DNA from: Candidatus Foliamicus sp.
GTDB taxonomy: Bacteria > Pseudomonadota > Gammaproteobacteria > Steroidobacterales > Foliamicaceae
Length of the DNA stretch: 64,000 bases
Assembly (NCBI GenBank): GCA_965206955.1
Contig: OZ242252.1
Location: forward strand, 2,734,963 to 2,798,962
Direction of reading: 5' to 3'
The translations under genes and the position numbers were made by a program. The stretch's first letter is position 1. Every line of letters begins with the position of its first letter. This document shows positions 27,507 to 37,074 of this stretch, piece after piece. The notes beneath the pieces are model-generated. The model had not been told where the DNA came from, searched no databases, and saw only the letters and a list, made by a program, of their open reading frames with translations.

Positions 27507-28547
27507 GTGCCGCTACAAGAAAACCCAGTCGGCGAAGTAGTTGACCTGTTCTGTGGAGCTGGCGGCTTAAGCCACGGTTTTTTTCTTGCTGGATTCAAGA
27601 TCATTGCGGGATATGATCTTGATTCTAGATGCAAGTTTGCCTTCGAAGAAAATAACAAAGCAACCTTCTTCTGTAGGGATGTTTCGACAATAACCGCTGA
27701 GGAAATCCGCAAGCACTACAGCGGAAATACAACAACCGTCCTCGCAGGTTGTGCCCCTTGTCAACCATTTTCCTCCTATAAGCGTCGGTATGGCGAGGAT
27801 CCGAAATGGAATCTAGTCACGACCTTTGCGAGGCTAGCCGCGACCGTAAGGCCTGACTTCGTTACGATGGAGAATGTTCCCGCGCTTCTTAAGTACAAAA
27901 ATGGCCAAGTGTTTTCCGACTTCAAAGATATCCTGAACGATGCCGGTTTCATTGTCCGCAGCTGTGTTGTTAAGTGCGAGGAATTTGGCGTGCCGCAACG
28001 ACGACGACGACTAGTCGTTCTGGCAGGACGAGATAGGCAAATGGGTGAGTTGAAACCGACCCACGATGGAAGTTCAACGGTTCGTCAGGCAATAGGCAAC
28101 CTCCCTTCGCTAAGCGCCGGGCATGCGGATCCCGATGACCCTTTACATGTTTCACCGTCATTGGAGCCAATTAATCTTCGCCGTATCCGAGCATCCAAGC
28201 AGGGTGGTACCTGGCGTGACTGGCCAAAGGAACTAGTGGCCAATTGTCATCGACGCCCTTCCGGCAAGACGTACCCCGGCGTATATGCTCGGATGAGTTG
28301 GGACAAACCAGCTCCCACTATGACCACCCAGTGTTACGGGTTTGGAAACGGTAGATTCGGTCATCCAGAGCAGGACAGAGCAATCTCTCTGCGCGAAGCT
28401 GCGATACTTCAATCCTTTCCCAACAACTACATTTTCCTCCCGTCCAACGAGAAGCCAGCATTTTCCGAGGTGGGAAGATGGGTTGGAAATGCGGTTCCTG
28501 TCGTTCTCGCGAAGCATATCGGAAGCTTCCTTGCGGCTCATTCGTAG
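27507..28547 (+). CDS. dcm: DNA (cytosine-5)-methyltransferase
   Basis: Motif I VVDLFCGAGGLSHGF, IV GCAPCQPFS, VI TMENVPALL, VIII QRRRRLVVLA, X VGNAVPVVLA. Confidence 0.95.
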   Translation: MPLQENPVGEVVDLFCGAGGLSHGFFLAGFKIIAGYDLDSRCKFAFEENNKATFFCRDVSTITAEEIRKHYSGNTTTVLAGCAPCQPFSSYKRRYGEDPKWNLVTTFARLAATVRPDFVTMENVPALLKYKNGQVFSDFKDILNDAGFIVRSCVVKCEEFGVPQRRRRLVVLAGRDRQMGELKPTHDGSSTVRQAIGNLPSLSAGHADPDDPLHVSPSLEPINLRRIRASKQGGTWRDWPKELVANCHRRPSGKTYPGVYARMSWDKPAPTMTTQCYGFGNGRFGHPEQDRAISLREAAILQSFPNNYIFLPSNEKPAFSEVGRWVGNAVPVVLAKHIGSFLAAHS

Positions 28548-28556
28548 GTAATCGTA

Positions 28557-30236
28557 ATGACTTCCAATGATCATGGTGCCAATTTTCGGTTCGCGATCTC
28601 CTTAAGCATTCTGAATCACTTGGGACGCAATCTTTATCGTAGCTTCATAACAGTATTGGGTGAGGCCATATCGAACGCTTGGGATGCGGACGCCAAGAAT
28701 GTCTGGATACATTTGGATCGCGAGCGCTCAATGTTTAGCATCAAAGACGACGGCATGGGCATGACTACGGACGATTTTCAGTCAAAATTTCTAAAGATCG
28801 GATATTCGAAGAGGGCGGATGGGCAAAGAAAAACCGAGGGCGGGAGACCATTTATTGGCGCGAAGGGTATTGGCAAACTGGCACTTCTTTCATGCGCCCA
28901 GACAATTTCTGTGTTCTCGAAGACAAGGGGCTCAAGCTACATCGGCGGAGTGATTGACAACACCGGGCTTGATCAAGCAATAAAGGATGATGTTGAACCT
29001 GGTGAATATGAACTTAAGGCATTGAACTTTGAACTTATTGAGAACCTGCAGAAGAATCACAAGCAGGGAACAATTGTGGTTTTCGAAAAAACCAAGAAAG
29101 ATCTCAAGACATCCATCCCTCAACTCAAGAAGCTACTTGCGATGAGCTTTCGGTTTTCTTTGATCGATACTGAATTTTCAATATTTGTAAATGATCAGGA
29201 GGTGACCGTCGCCGATCTTAAGGATCTCATCACCAATACTCAATTCCTCTGGTTACTTGGTAACTACGAAGACGATTATGTTGCATCATTAATGCACCTT
29301 AAGGAAGGCGAGATTCTAAATCTAGAGCCTACTATTACAATTAGGGGTTTCCTCGCAACTGTCTTGACGCCGCGACATCTAAAGATTACCAGCACCGACG
29401 AACGGGCTTCGGTCGATCTCTTTGTAGGCGGGCGGCTAAGGGAAAGAAACATTCTTAGGCATATCCCAACTCAAAGAATTGTCGAAAGCTATGTGTATGG
29501 TCAAATCCACTTCGACTCAATGGACCGTATTGGCATTGATCCATTTACAAGTAGCCGTGAGGGCATTGTCGAGAATGACGAGGAATTTCTCTCACTACTC
29601 AAGTACTTGAGGGAAACAGCAATCCCTAAGCTTATTGACCAATGGGACAAATTACGTCTCAAGAGCGGCAAAGACGGGGACGATGAACACCCCCGCAAGA
29701 CAAAAAAGGAACGGCGAGCACGAAGCTTGTATGCCGCAGCAAGGGAAGAATTTGCGCCGGAGAATGGAGCGCCTGCGAAAGATCAGGTCGAGAAATGGTT
29801 GGATGAGCTGCGTAATGATGCGACGTTCAATCTATCTGCATATGTTGATTGTTTTGTGTCCGAAAACCTCCTGAGGAATTACCTCCGGGAACATGAAATC
29901 GGCCTTTCCAGGAAATCACCCACCCACATGACGAAATGGAAAAAAAATGAATCCCAAGCTAAGGCCAGGGCCAATATCAGTTTTGACATACGACAAAAAG
30001 ATGATGATGTTTGCTATCTGGATATGGCACAGTTGGCTCACTCAGCTGAAGGGCACACTGCAGCCAACATAGAACAATCCCTAACACGCGACGCACATTC
30101 GTACAGACCAGTTCGAAATGTAGTTAGCCACACCGGCCTGCTGACGCCCGTCGCGAAGACTCACCTGACAACAACGTTTGAGAACATTAAAGCGCGGGTC
30201 AAGGCTCTAGTATTCCGGCAAAAGGCAACCATGTAA
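28557..30236 (+). CDS. GHKL (HATPase_c_3, MutL/MORC-like) ATPase with C-terminal HEPN-like motif
   Basis: N-box EAISNAWDA, G1 DDGMGM, G2 GAKGIGKL. C-terminal ..SYRPVRNVVSHTG fits Rx4-6H. Starts 9 nt after dcm. Confidence 0.8.
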   Translation: MTSNDHGANFRFAISLSILNHLGRNLYRSFITVLGEAISNAWDADAKNVWIHLDRERSMFSIKDDGMGMTTDDFQSKFLKIGYSKRADGQRKTEGGRPFIGAKGIGKLALLSCAQTISVFSKTRGSSYIGGVIDNTGLDQAIKDDVEPGEYELKALNFELIENLQKNHKQGTIVVFEKTKKDLKTSIPQLKKLLAMSFRFSLIDTEFSIFVNDQEVTVADLKDLITNTQFLWLLGNYEDDYVASLMHLKEGEILNLEPTITIRGFLATVLTPRHLKITSTDERASVDLFVGGRLRERNILRHIPTQRIVESYVYGQIHFDSMDRIGIDPFTSSREGIVENDEEFLSLLKYLRETAIPKLIDQWDKLRLKSGKDGDDEHPRKTKKERRARSLYAAAREEFAPENGAPAKDQVEKWLDELRNDATFNLSAYVDCFVSENLLRNYLREHEIGLSRKSPTHMTKWKKNESQAKARANISFDIRQKDDDVCYLDMAQLAHSAEGHTAANIEQSLTRDAHSYRPVRNVVSHTGLLTPVAKTHLTTTFENIKARVKALVFRQKATM

Positions 30237-30348
30237 ATTGGTAGCCTGTTTTCGGCTCTTATCTAAACGCAAATACGGCAAGGGACAGCTAACAGCTACT
30301 TGGCGAGACTAGGAGAATGGGTGCACATCCAAGCTAGTCTGTGCCCTG

Positions 30349-31326
30349 TTAGGCCGAAAGACTGATGGGTCTTGCCTGAGCATCCTCACAAGAAAGCTCG
30401 GCATCTCTCCGTTTCAACGTCTCGACCAAACGCAACCCGACCCATTTGGCAACCGCCGGCGTAACCGCGTTGCCTATTGCGCGGTAGCGTAAACTGTCCG
30501 ACTTTCCACTAGGTTGCCGATCGCTATCGTTGAGTAACGTCCAGTTCTCCGGGAATCCCTGAACCAATTCAATCTCTGTTGGGGTAAATCTCCGCACGCG
30601 GCCGTCCGGATACCAAACATAGTTGCGCGACCAATCCGTGCCCGTATGGCGCGCGGACTCAGCATAAACGCAATGTGCAATACTCTTGACTAGGGGCCCT
30701 TCGCGAGAATCTCCAATGACTGTCTGAAAGAGGGAGGGAGGTTTCTTCCCATTTGATCTACTCGCCTTAGAATTCCAATCGCCGCATTCTGGCTCAAAAA
30801 GTACTTCTGCGGAACTTTGCCCGTCTCTATGCATGGCAACAATGTAGACACGACGGCGTTGCTGGGGCACTCCGAAGTCTTTGCTGTTAAGCACACGCCA
30901 TCCCATACCATACCCGAGTTGATCCAACGCCTTGAGTACGATGGCGAAGTCTCGTCCTCCATGGCTAGAGAGAAGGCCGTGAACGTTTTCGAGGACAATA
31001 GCTCTTGGGTTACGCTCTCGAACGAGGCGCATAAACTCGAAAAAGAGTCCAGATTGGCTCCCTTGAAGCCCAAAGCGCGGCCCCATTCTTGCCAGCGATA
31101 AGTCCTGGCATGGAAATCCCGCCGTCCAGACGTCAGTTTCAGGGATATCTGTGACATTAAGACTCCTTATATCTTCGTGAATGGGTACGTTGGGCCAGTG
31201 TTGTCGCAGTATGTTTTGGCAAAAGGTGTCAATCTCACAATGGAACTTTAAGACCATGCCAGCCTGCTGTAGGCCTAGGTCCAATCCTCCGACACCTGAA
31301 AAGAAAGACGCGACAGTGTATGACAA
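30349..31326 (-). CDS. dcm: DNA (cytosine-5)-methyltransferase (second, divergent)
   Basis: Motif I SFFSGVGGLDLG, IV GFPCQDLS, VI LENVHGLL, VIII QQRRRVYIVA, X IGNAVTPAVA. Confidence 0.95.
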   Translation of the reverse strand: MSYTVASFFSGVGGLDLGLQQAGMVLKFHCEIDTFCQNILRQHWPNVPIHEDIRSLNVTDIPETDVWTAGFPCQDLSLARMGPRFGLQGSQSGLFFEFMRLVRERNPRAIVLENVHGLLSSHGGRDFAIVLKALDQLGYGMGWRVLNSKDFGVPQQRRRVYIVAMHRDGQSSAEVLFEPECGDWNSKASRSNGKKPPSLFQTVIGDSREGPLVKSIAHCVYAESARHTGTDWSRNYVWYPDGRVRRFTPTEIELVQGFPENWTLLNDSDRQPSGKSDSLRYRAIGNAVTPAVAKWVGLRLVETLKRRDAELSCEDAQARPISLSA

Positions 31327-31437
31327 CTTGTGTTCCTCCTAGAACAGACTGCCGGGCTACAATCTTAACCTAGAATATCCCACCAACTTAGCCCCACTCC
31401 AAGTCAAGAAGAACTGGGGCAACAAGGAAATAATAAT

Positions 31438-32445
31438 ATGCCCAGGTGCACGGTAAGGTGGCGACCATCAGGGGGCCGCGGGGAGTTTGAGTACGTGCCC
31501 GCCAATTCGTTGCGCAATCGCAACATTTGCTTAGACTTCCCCGCACTTGAAATTCGTATCTCCGCAGAAGTACGAGGGGTTCACACGCAAGGAAAACCTC
31601 GACTTCGGAAATTTCAATCCAACAATCGGCGAAAACTGCACCTGCCTCAATTAGTTATGGCAGTTGCAGGTCTGCCTCAGCCTGCGCGATCAACTGCAAA
31701 CCAGGATTTTAGGCTCCCCCTCGCAAATGGGTCTTTCCTAATTGACCGGATGCACTTCGACATAGCGGACGATGATGGAGAAACCATTGTGCTTGTGCCG
31801 CTTAGCGTTTCAATCCGGAACAGTGCTCTTTCCATCAAACTTACAGATAGGCTGGAAGCCTTTGCGAATGACCTGTCTGAGATTAATGAAATCCGTTCCT
31901 ACAGCCCCGAATTGGCACATGCCGTCGAGAACCATTTCGACGAAATCAAGAAAGGCCGGAACTCCATTTCTATACGTCGAACTGCCAACACGATAATTCA
32001 ATTGAAATCTGATCTTTTTGGATTAAGCAACGAAGCGTCTGCAACAACTCTAATTGAGGCAGCCAACTTGCCGGAGGTTGAAGAAGAAGAAGAAGACATT
32101 GTTGGCCGAGAGGGCAACATATTGACGCGTATGCACGTCTACAGGGAGCGAGATCGGACCTTTGCAAGAAAGGTACGAGAACACTACAGGAGGCTAGGAA
32201 ACGGCAAGCTGATTTGTGAAGTATGCGGACTTGATCCTGCCATCATCTATGGTCCATCTGGGGATCGCAGTATAGAGGGCCATCACACCGTGCCTATCGA
32301 GGAACTGCAGCCTGATAGCGAGACTACAGTCGACGAAATGGCAATGGTGTGTGCTAACTGCCATCGAGTAATTCACTCCAAGAAGCCTTGTCTCAGCATT
32401 GATGAAGTAAGGCAACTCATTGGCCGTCAGAGCCAATTGGGCTAG
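31438..32445 (+). CDS. HNH endonuclease (candidate restriction component)
   Basis: CEVCGLDP...IEGHHTVPIEE...MVCANCHRVIH. Directly followed by vsr. Confidence 0.8.
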   Translation: MPRCTVRWRPSGGRGEFEYVPANSLRNRNICLDFPALEIRISAEVRGVHTQGKPRLRKFQSNNRRKLHLPQLVMAVAGLPQPARSTANQDFRLPLANGSFLIDRMHFDIADDDGETIVLVPLSVSIRNSALSIKLTDRLEAFANDLSEINEIRSYSPELAHAVENHFDEIKKGRNSISIRRTANTIIQLKSDLFGLSNEASATTLIEAANLPEVEEEEEDIVGREGNILTRMHVYRERDRTFARKVREHYRRLGNGKLICEVCGLDPAIIYGPSGDRSIEGHHTVPIEELQPDSETTVDEMAMVCANCHRVIHSKKPCLSIDEVRQLIGRQSQLG

Positions 32446-32886
32446 TTGACTATGGCAGACACAATAAGTCGTGCACAGCGCTCCAAGCTGATGGCACGAA
32501 TCAAAGGTCGCGATACCCAGCCCGAAATCCGTCTGCGTTCGGCGCTCCACAAAATGGGTCTGCGATTTAGAGTGTGCAGAAAGGACTTGCCTGGTACGCC
32601 CGATATTGTCTTTCCTAGCCACAAAGTTGCCATACAAGTCAGAGGTTGCTTTTGGCATCAGCATACGGAGTGCGATGCGGGAAGACTACCGAAGTCGAAC
32701 GTGGATTATTGGGAGCCGAAGCTAACGAACAACGTTATTCGAGATCAAGCTAACGACGCGGCATTGGTTAGCTTAGGCTGGCACTTGTTGGTCGTTTGGG
32801 AGTGCGAAATAAAGGGAGAGGAGAAACTAGCTATTGTGGCCCAGGGCACTAGTAGGGCCATAATGAGGCTTCAACAATCGCGATAA
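32446..32886 (+). CDS. vsr: Very-short-patch repair endonuclease
   Basis: RSKLMARIKGRDTQPE, LPGTPDIVFP, GCFWHQH. The start may be the ATG at 32452. Confidence 0.9.
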   Translation: MTMADTISRAQRSKLMARIKGRDTQPEIRLRSALHKMGLRFRVCRKDLPGTPDIVFPSHKVAIQVRGCFWHQHTECDAGRLPKSNVDYWEPKLTNNVIRDQANDAALVSLGWHLLVVWECEIKGEEKLAIVAQGTSRAIMRLQQSR

Positions 32887-32899
32887 GCACATTCGGGTA

Positions 32900-33125
32900 T
32901 GAAAAGCTTCCCTTTTCCGCGTCAGCTGGTTTGTGGCCTTTCTAGCCCCAACAGGCCTTGAATTGCGGTGGTGACAGCTCATTGAAAGACCGATTAGGGC
33001 GAATCTCGCTATACTCCTGCCGCCAAGCTTGCAACTTGGCGTGCGCAAATGCCCAAGCATCACCGATATGATTTTGCCTCAATTCAGGTGGAACGATTCT
33101 GGGGACAAGAGCAGTGAATTCCACA
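32900..33125 (-). mobile_element. IS3-family transposase 3'-end remnant
   Basis: ..AKLQAWRQEYSEIRPNRSFNELSPPQFK.. and DNA similarity to 38866-39000. Frameshifted and truncated. Confidence 0.6.
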
Positions 33126-33212
33126 TGATAGCTCCCTTAATCGCAATTCAACTCCATATTCCGCTCCAATTGGTACTTGATTCAAGAAGTTAGCTAACCT
33201 GCTTTACTACTT

Positions 33213-34154
33213 GTGAAGACATATGGCGCTTCGAAATTTACACGCAGTATGAAAAATAAGGATCCGTTTTGGAGCCCGGAATTCAGCGCGACAATGCGCA
33301 AGCAATCTGAATTCTACGAACACTTAGACAGGAGCGATCATCTCAAGAGCACGCTTTATCGGCCAGAACAGTTAGGAAAGAAGGAAAGCGGCAAACGAAC
33401 ACGAATTACTGATAAGAGATTTGAAGGCGTTAGTTTTTCACATACTCGGATTTGCGACATTATTTTCAGGAACTGTAAATTCGATTCTTGCCAATTCGTT
33501 GACTCATCAATTGCCAATTGCGAATTTCATAACTGCATATTTACGCTTACCAATACGCACAAGATCAAGATCGCCACAACTTTTGTTAATCCACGCTCTT
33601 TCAAGGAGTGTTTAGACGCCGGTAAGCACCAAAATGTTGGGGTCCACCTTTATCAACAACTCCTGAAGAATAGCCGAGACCTGGATCAGCCAGAATTTGC
33701 GCGTGAAGCTCAATTTCTATTCTTGCGTTGGAAGCGTCTCCAAGACAAACACAACATAAAGAGATTTGCTAAGCCAAGGCAGTCCTGGCTGGATGTGGAG
33801 AGTTTGCAGCTTCGAAAGCGGGGTCAAGTTTTCGGTAGATGGTTGTGGGAAAAACTGTTCGGATGCGGAATACGGCTATTGCCGTACTTTCGAACGGTAA
33901 CTGCATTTGCCCTTTTGTCTTGGGTGCTGAATTTTCTTCTCCAAGAACAATTCGGCCTTGATCGAGATGGAACTGCTGCCTCAGGATGGGCAGACAGTCT
34001 GTACTTCACGGTTATTTCTCTTACGACTGTGGGTTACGGTGATGTCGTTCCAACAACCGGCCTAGGCAAAGTGTGGGCCTGTTTTCAAGCTGTATCCGGG
34101 TTCATCCTTCTTGCGTTGCTTGCGTCTACGGTTTATCGGAGGATTGCCCCTTGA
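33213..34154 (+). CDS. Pentapeptide-repeat domain fused to a 2-TM K+ channel pore
   Basis: Nine consecutive pentapeptides (FEGVS FSHTR ICDII FRNCK FDSCQ FVDSS IANCE FHNCI FTLTN). Selectivity filter TTVGYGD flanked by two TM helices. Confidence 0.85.
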   Translation: MKTYGASKFTRSMKNKDPFWSPEFSATMRKQSEFYEHLDRSDHLKSTLYRPEQLGKKESGKRTRITDKRFEGVSFSHTRICDIIFRNCKFDSCQFVDSSIANCEFHNCIFTLTNTHKIKIATTFVNPRSFKECLDAGKHQNVGVHLYQQLLKNSRDLDQPEFAREAQFLFLRWKRLQDKHNIKRFAKPRQSWLDVESLQLRKRGQVFGRWLWEKLFGCGIRLLPYFRTVTAFALLSWVLNFLLQEQFGLDRDGTAASGWADSLYFTVISLTTVGYGDVVPTTGLGKVWACFQAVSGFILLALLASTVYRRIAP

Positions 34155-35137
34155 ACAATGAACGTATCGAAAGCGTTTGCGTCTTTGGTTCATCTGCGAG
34201 AGGTTCCTCAGACAGCCTAAGCGACCGTGACCTACTTGTCATATCCGACAGCAGCATACGTCGACGACAGCTTGCGGAACTTTGGAGTATGCAAAATTGG
34301 TCTGTTGCATCCTATACGCCGGCACGCTTCAATAGTCTCGTCCAGTCGGGAAGCCTATTCGTCCAGCACTTGCGACATGAGGGCAAGATTGTGCGCGATA
34401 CCGGCAACTGGCTGCGTAGACATCTAGCGAAGGCACGACCTAAGGAAAGCTACTCCCTTGATGCTGCCAACAGCGTACTACTTGCAGCACCGGTTGAAAG
34501 GTTTGAAATAGACGCGCCGATCGCTCACAGCCTTTTGGCAACTGACGTATCCTATGTTGCAGTCCGAAATTTTGGCATATGCCATCTTGCAGATAAAGGT
34601 AGCCTTTCGTTTGATTACTCGAAGATTGTTGAAGCCATAGGAAAAGACCTCCATCTAAACAGATCTGAAGTCTCGCTACTTTCCTCTTTGCGGAAAGGAA
34701 AAGTCGCATATCGCAAGGGACTAGACAGCATCCCGCTAACTGGCAGCGTAGGTCAGCTTCGAGCTGTGCTTTCGAAAGTCTTTGTTCATAGGCCCCTAGC
34801 CCAAGTCGAGGAAGAAACACCCGTCAGATGGCTTGGAGGCGGCTATCCGATGCTCAGAGACTTCGAGGCTTCTGTTATCACGCAGCTTGGAAAGTTACCT
34901 TCGCAGGCTGACATCCAGCAATATGGCTTGGAGAAAATCTGGAAATGGGTCCTTAATCCACGAACTTACTCATGGAGCGTGCGAAATTTGTCACTTGGGG
35001 ATCTGAATGAGGACAACAAACGTGTTGCGGCCACGATTACATACTGCCGTTCAAGCGACCGCGCTGAGAGCTTTTCTATCCCATTGCACGATCGTAGTCT
35101 GCCAAGCTTCTTGAGTTCCTTCATGCCTTGCCAATAG
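34151..35137 (+). CDS. Pol-beta-superfamily nucleotidyltransferase (MNT-like) with C-terminal helical, HEPN-like region
   Basis: VFGSSARGSSDSLSDRDLLV (GS-x9-DxD). Downstream VAVRNFGICH fits Rx4-6H. The TTG start overlaps the channel stop (TTGA). Confidence 0.7.
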   Translation: MNNERIESVCVFGSSARGSSDSLSDRDLLVISDSSIRRRQLAELWSMQNWSVASYTPARFNSLVQSGSLFVQHLRHEGKIVRDTGNWLRRHLAKARPKESYSLDAANSVLLAAPVERFEIDAPIAHSLLATDVSYVAVRNFGICHLADKGSLSFDYSKIVEAIGKDLHLNRSEVSLLSSLRKGKVAYRKGLDSIPLTGSVGQLRAVLSKVFVHRPLAQVEEETPVRWLGGGYPMLRDFEASVITQLGKLPSQADIQQYGLEKIWKWVLNPRTYSWSVRNLSLGDLNEDNKRVAATITYCRSSDRAESFSIPLHDRSLPSFLSSFMPCQ

Positions 35138-35231
35138 GTGCTGGTTGCCATTGACTCTATACCGTCAATTTCAAGTATTGCAGCGAATTTGATTCATTCT
35201 TGGGGCTCAAGAAAGCAAACAGGAGATAAGC

Positions 35232-35495
35232 ATGGCTAGTCGAAAACAAGTCAAGTCTAAAGTAATTGCACTATTGCGAAGGGTTGCAAACTTTGGCACG
35301 ACGCAACCTATTACCGAAGATGACAAGCTCAAAACGGACTTGCTTTTGGAGACAAGATTGATTGAATCTCTTGCCTTTGTTTTTACTCGGATCAGTAGGA
35401 GTTTTGGCGGCACTAGAATTTACTTGTCCCAAGCGAGAAGTCTAGAGACTGTGCGCGATACTATTGAACTCGTTCATAAGCACGCTAACGAATAA
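35232..35495 (+). CDS. Small hypothetical protein, ACP-like pattern without the phosphopantetheine serine
   Basis: ITEDDKLKTDLLLETRLIESLAF...LETVRDTIELV resembles ACP (..DLGLDSLD..) but has ET in place of DS. Confidence 0.35.
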   Translation: MASRKQVKSKVIALLRRVANFGTTQPITEDDKLKTDLLLETRLIESLAFVFTRISRSFGGTRIYLSQARSLETVRDTIELVHKHANE

Positions 35496-35732
35496 GCGAC
35501 GCGCTCTGGGAGGAAAGCCGCGCGGGCGGGCCAGTAGGCTTCCTGAGACTTCCAATAGGCAAAATGGTATTGCACAAGGTTTGCCCAAGGCTGATTAGGA
35601 GAGACGAGTGAACAATTCAATACGTATTCTGGCAATTGTGTTTGCAGTCTTCATCTGCGCATTGCCTGTCCTCGCGGATCTACCAGATTTTGACGAGCTT
35701 GAGAATTACCTTAGTGAGTTATCACCTGAGGA

Positions 35733-37074
35733 CAGTAGTGTCCCAACAATTATTCGAACAAATTCAATTGGTTAAGTAAGTGCTGGTTGTTTGGGTTGTA
35801 TTCGGTTTTTGCAAGTAGATGAATTAATGGGATTTTTTCAAACAGGGTCAGGCTCAGTATCTGTAGAATTGTGTAGAGATCGGTGGAGACGTTGAGCCGC
35901 TTCTTGACGATGGCCACCAGCACATACACCGCGACGGCATTCCATAGTTGGGTCTTCACCGCATTTTCCGAGGTGCCGAAAAAGGACTTGATGCGCAGGT
36001 GTTGCTTGATCCATTTGAAGAACAATTCCACCTGCCATCGATGGCGGTACAGTTCGGCGACGGTGGTTGCAGGTATGGCGAAATGGTTGGTGAGAAAGTC
36101 GAATCGCCGGTCCGATTGCGCATCGCGATACCCGACTCGGCGCAGCGGCTGAGGATAGCGCTTACGGCTCTTGACGCCGGTCAGCACGATGGTTTGGTCG
36201 CAGCACACGCCCGTGGACCTGTCCGCGGCGGCGGAGTACCGCCGCCGGAATTTGATGTTGGACTTGGCGCGCACGACGAAGAACGCGCCCAGGCGGTGCA
36301 GTAGGAACAGACGTTCGAAGTCCACATACCCTCGGTCCATGATGTAGAACGCGCCGGGTTCGGGCACGAGCAGGTCCAGCACGTTGACATCGTGCAACTT
36401 GGCTTCGGAAACGTGGATAAACGCCGGGATGTTGCCGCGCAGATCCAGCAGCGTATGCAGCTTGACACCGGACTTGGTGGAGCGGAACAAGGCCCAGGGA
36501 AACACGGACAGGCACAGATCGACGGTGGAGGAATCGAACGCGTAGACGGTGTTGTCGAGTTCCAGCCCGAGGTCCTCCTCGGCGTACAGCGGGCGCGCGA
36601 TGCGAATCAAGGCTTGCGCGAAGTCCGCATGGATGCGCCAGTCCCGTTTCCGGTTCGCATTGGCCAGCGTGTTGCGGGCCATGCCGCCGCGGATCCCCAT
36701 GTGATAGAGCTTCTCGCGATGCGCGCGCAAGCAGACCTCGATGCCGCGCAGGCTTTCGCGGTGAGTCAATTGCGCGAACGCCAGACACAAGAACTGGTCC
36801 AGGCAGGTGAATGACTGGATGCGGCGGTCTCCCCGATAACGTTGCACGCACCGGCGAAAGACCTTCGCCGGCAGATGCTCCATGAGCTGTGAAAACACGA
36901 ATCGCCCGGAATGCATGGCGAACCTCCCCCGAAGGAAAAACCGCCACAATAGGGGAGACCGTCTCAGATAAACACAGCCCGGCGTTCAAATCGATACCCC
37001 CCGCAAATCCCGTATTTGTCTTGTCACAACAATATCTTATACAGTGTCAATCCGACTTTGTTGGGACAGTAGTG
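35733..37074 (-). mobile_element. IS4-family insertion sequence, 1342 bp, with 17-bp imperfect IRs and 9-bp target-site duplication
   Basis: IRs CAGTAGTGTCCCAACAA / TTGTTGGGACAGTAGTG (2 mismatches). Direct repeat ACCTGAGGA at 35724-35732 and 37075-37083. Confidence 0.85.
35750..36916 (-). CDS. IS4-family DDE transposase
   Basis: MHSGRFVFSQLMEHLP..., YIMDRGYVDF, YRHRWQVELFFKWIKQHL. Confidence 0.9.
   Translation of the reverse strand: MHSGRFVFSQLMEHLPAKVFRRCVQRYRGDRRIQSFTCLDQFLCLAFAQLTHRESLRGIEVCLRAHREKLYHMGIRGGMARNTLANANRKRDWRIHADFAQALIRIARPLYAEEDLGLELDNTVYAFDSSTVDLCLSVFPWALFRSTKSGVKLHTLLDLRGNIPAFIHVSEAKLHDVNVLDLLVPEPGAFYIMDRGYVDFERLFLLHRLGAFFVVRAKSNIKFRRRYSAAADRSTGVCCDQTIVLTGVKSRKRYPQPLRRVGYRDAQSDRRFDFLTNHFAIPATTVAELYRHRWQVELFFKWIKQHLRIKSFFGTSENAVKTQLWNAVAVYVLVAIVKKRLNVSTDLYTILQILSLTLFEKIPLIHLLAKTEYNPNNQHLLNQLNLFE

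Noticed and set aside
36162-36989. 275-aa alternative-frame ORF inside the IS4 transposase gene
   Set aside because: The other frame encodes recognisable DDE transposase motifs. This one is Arg/Pro-rich with no motif.
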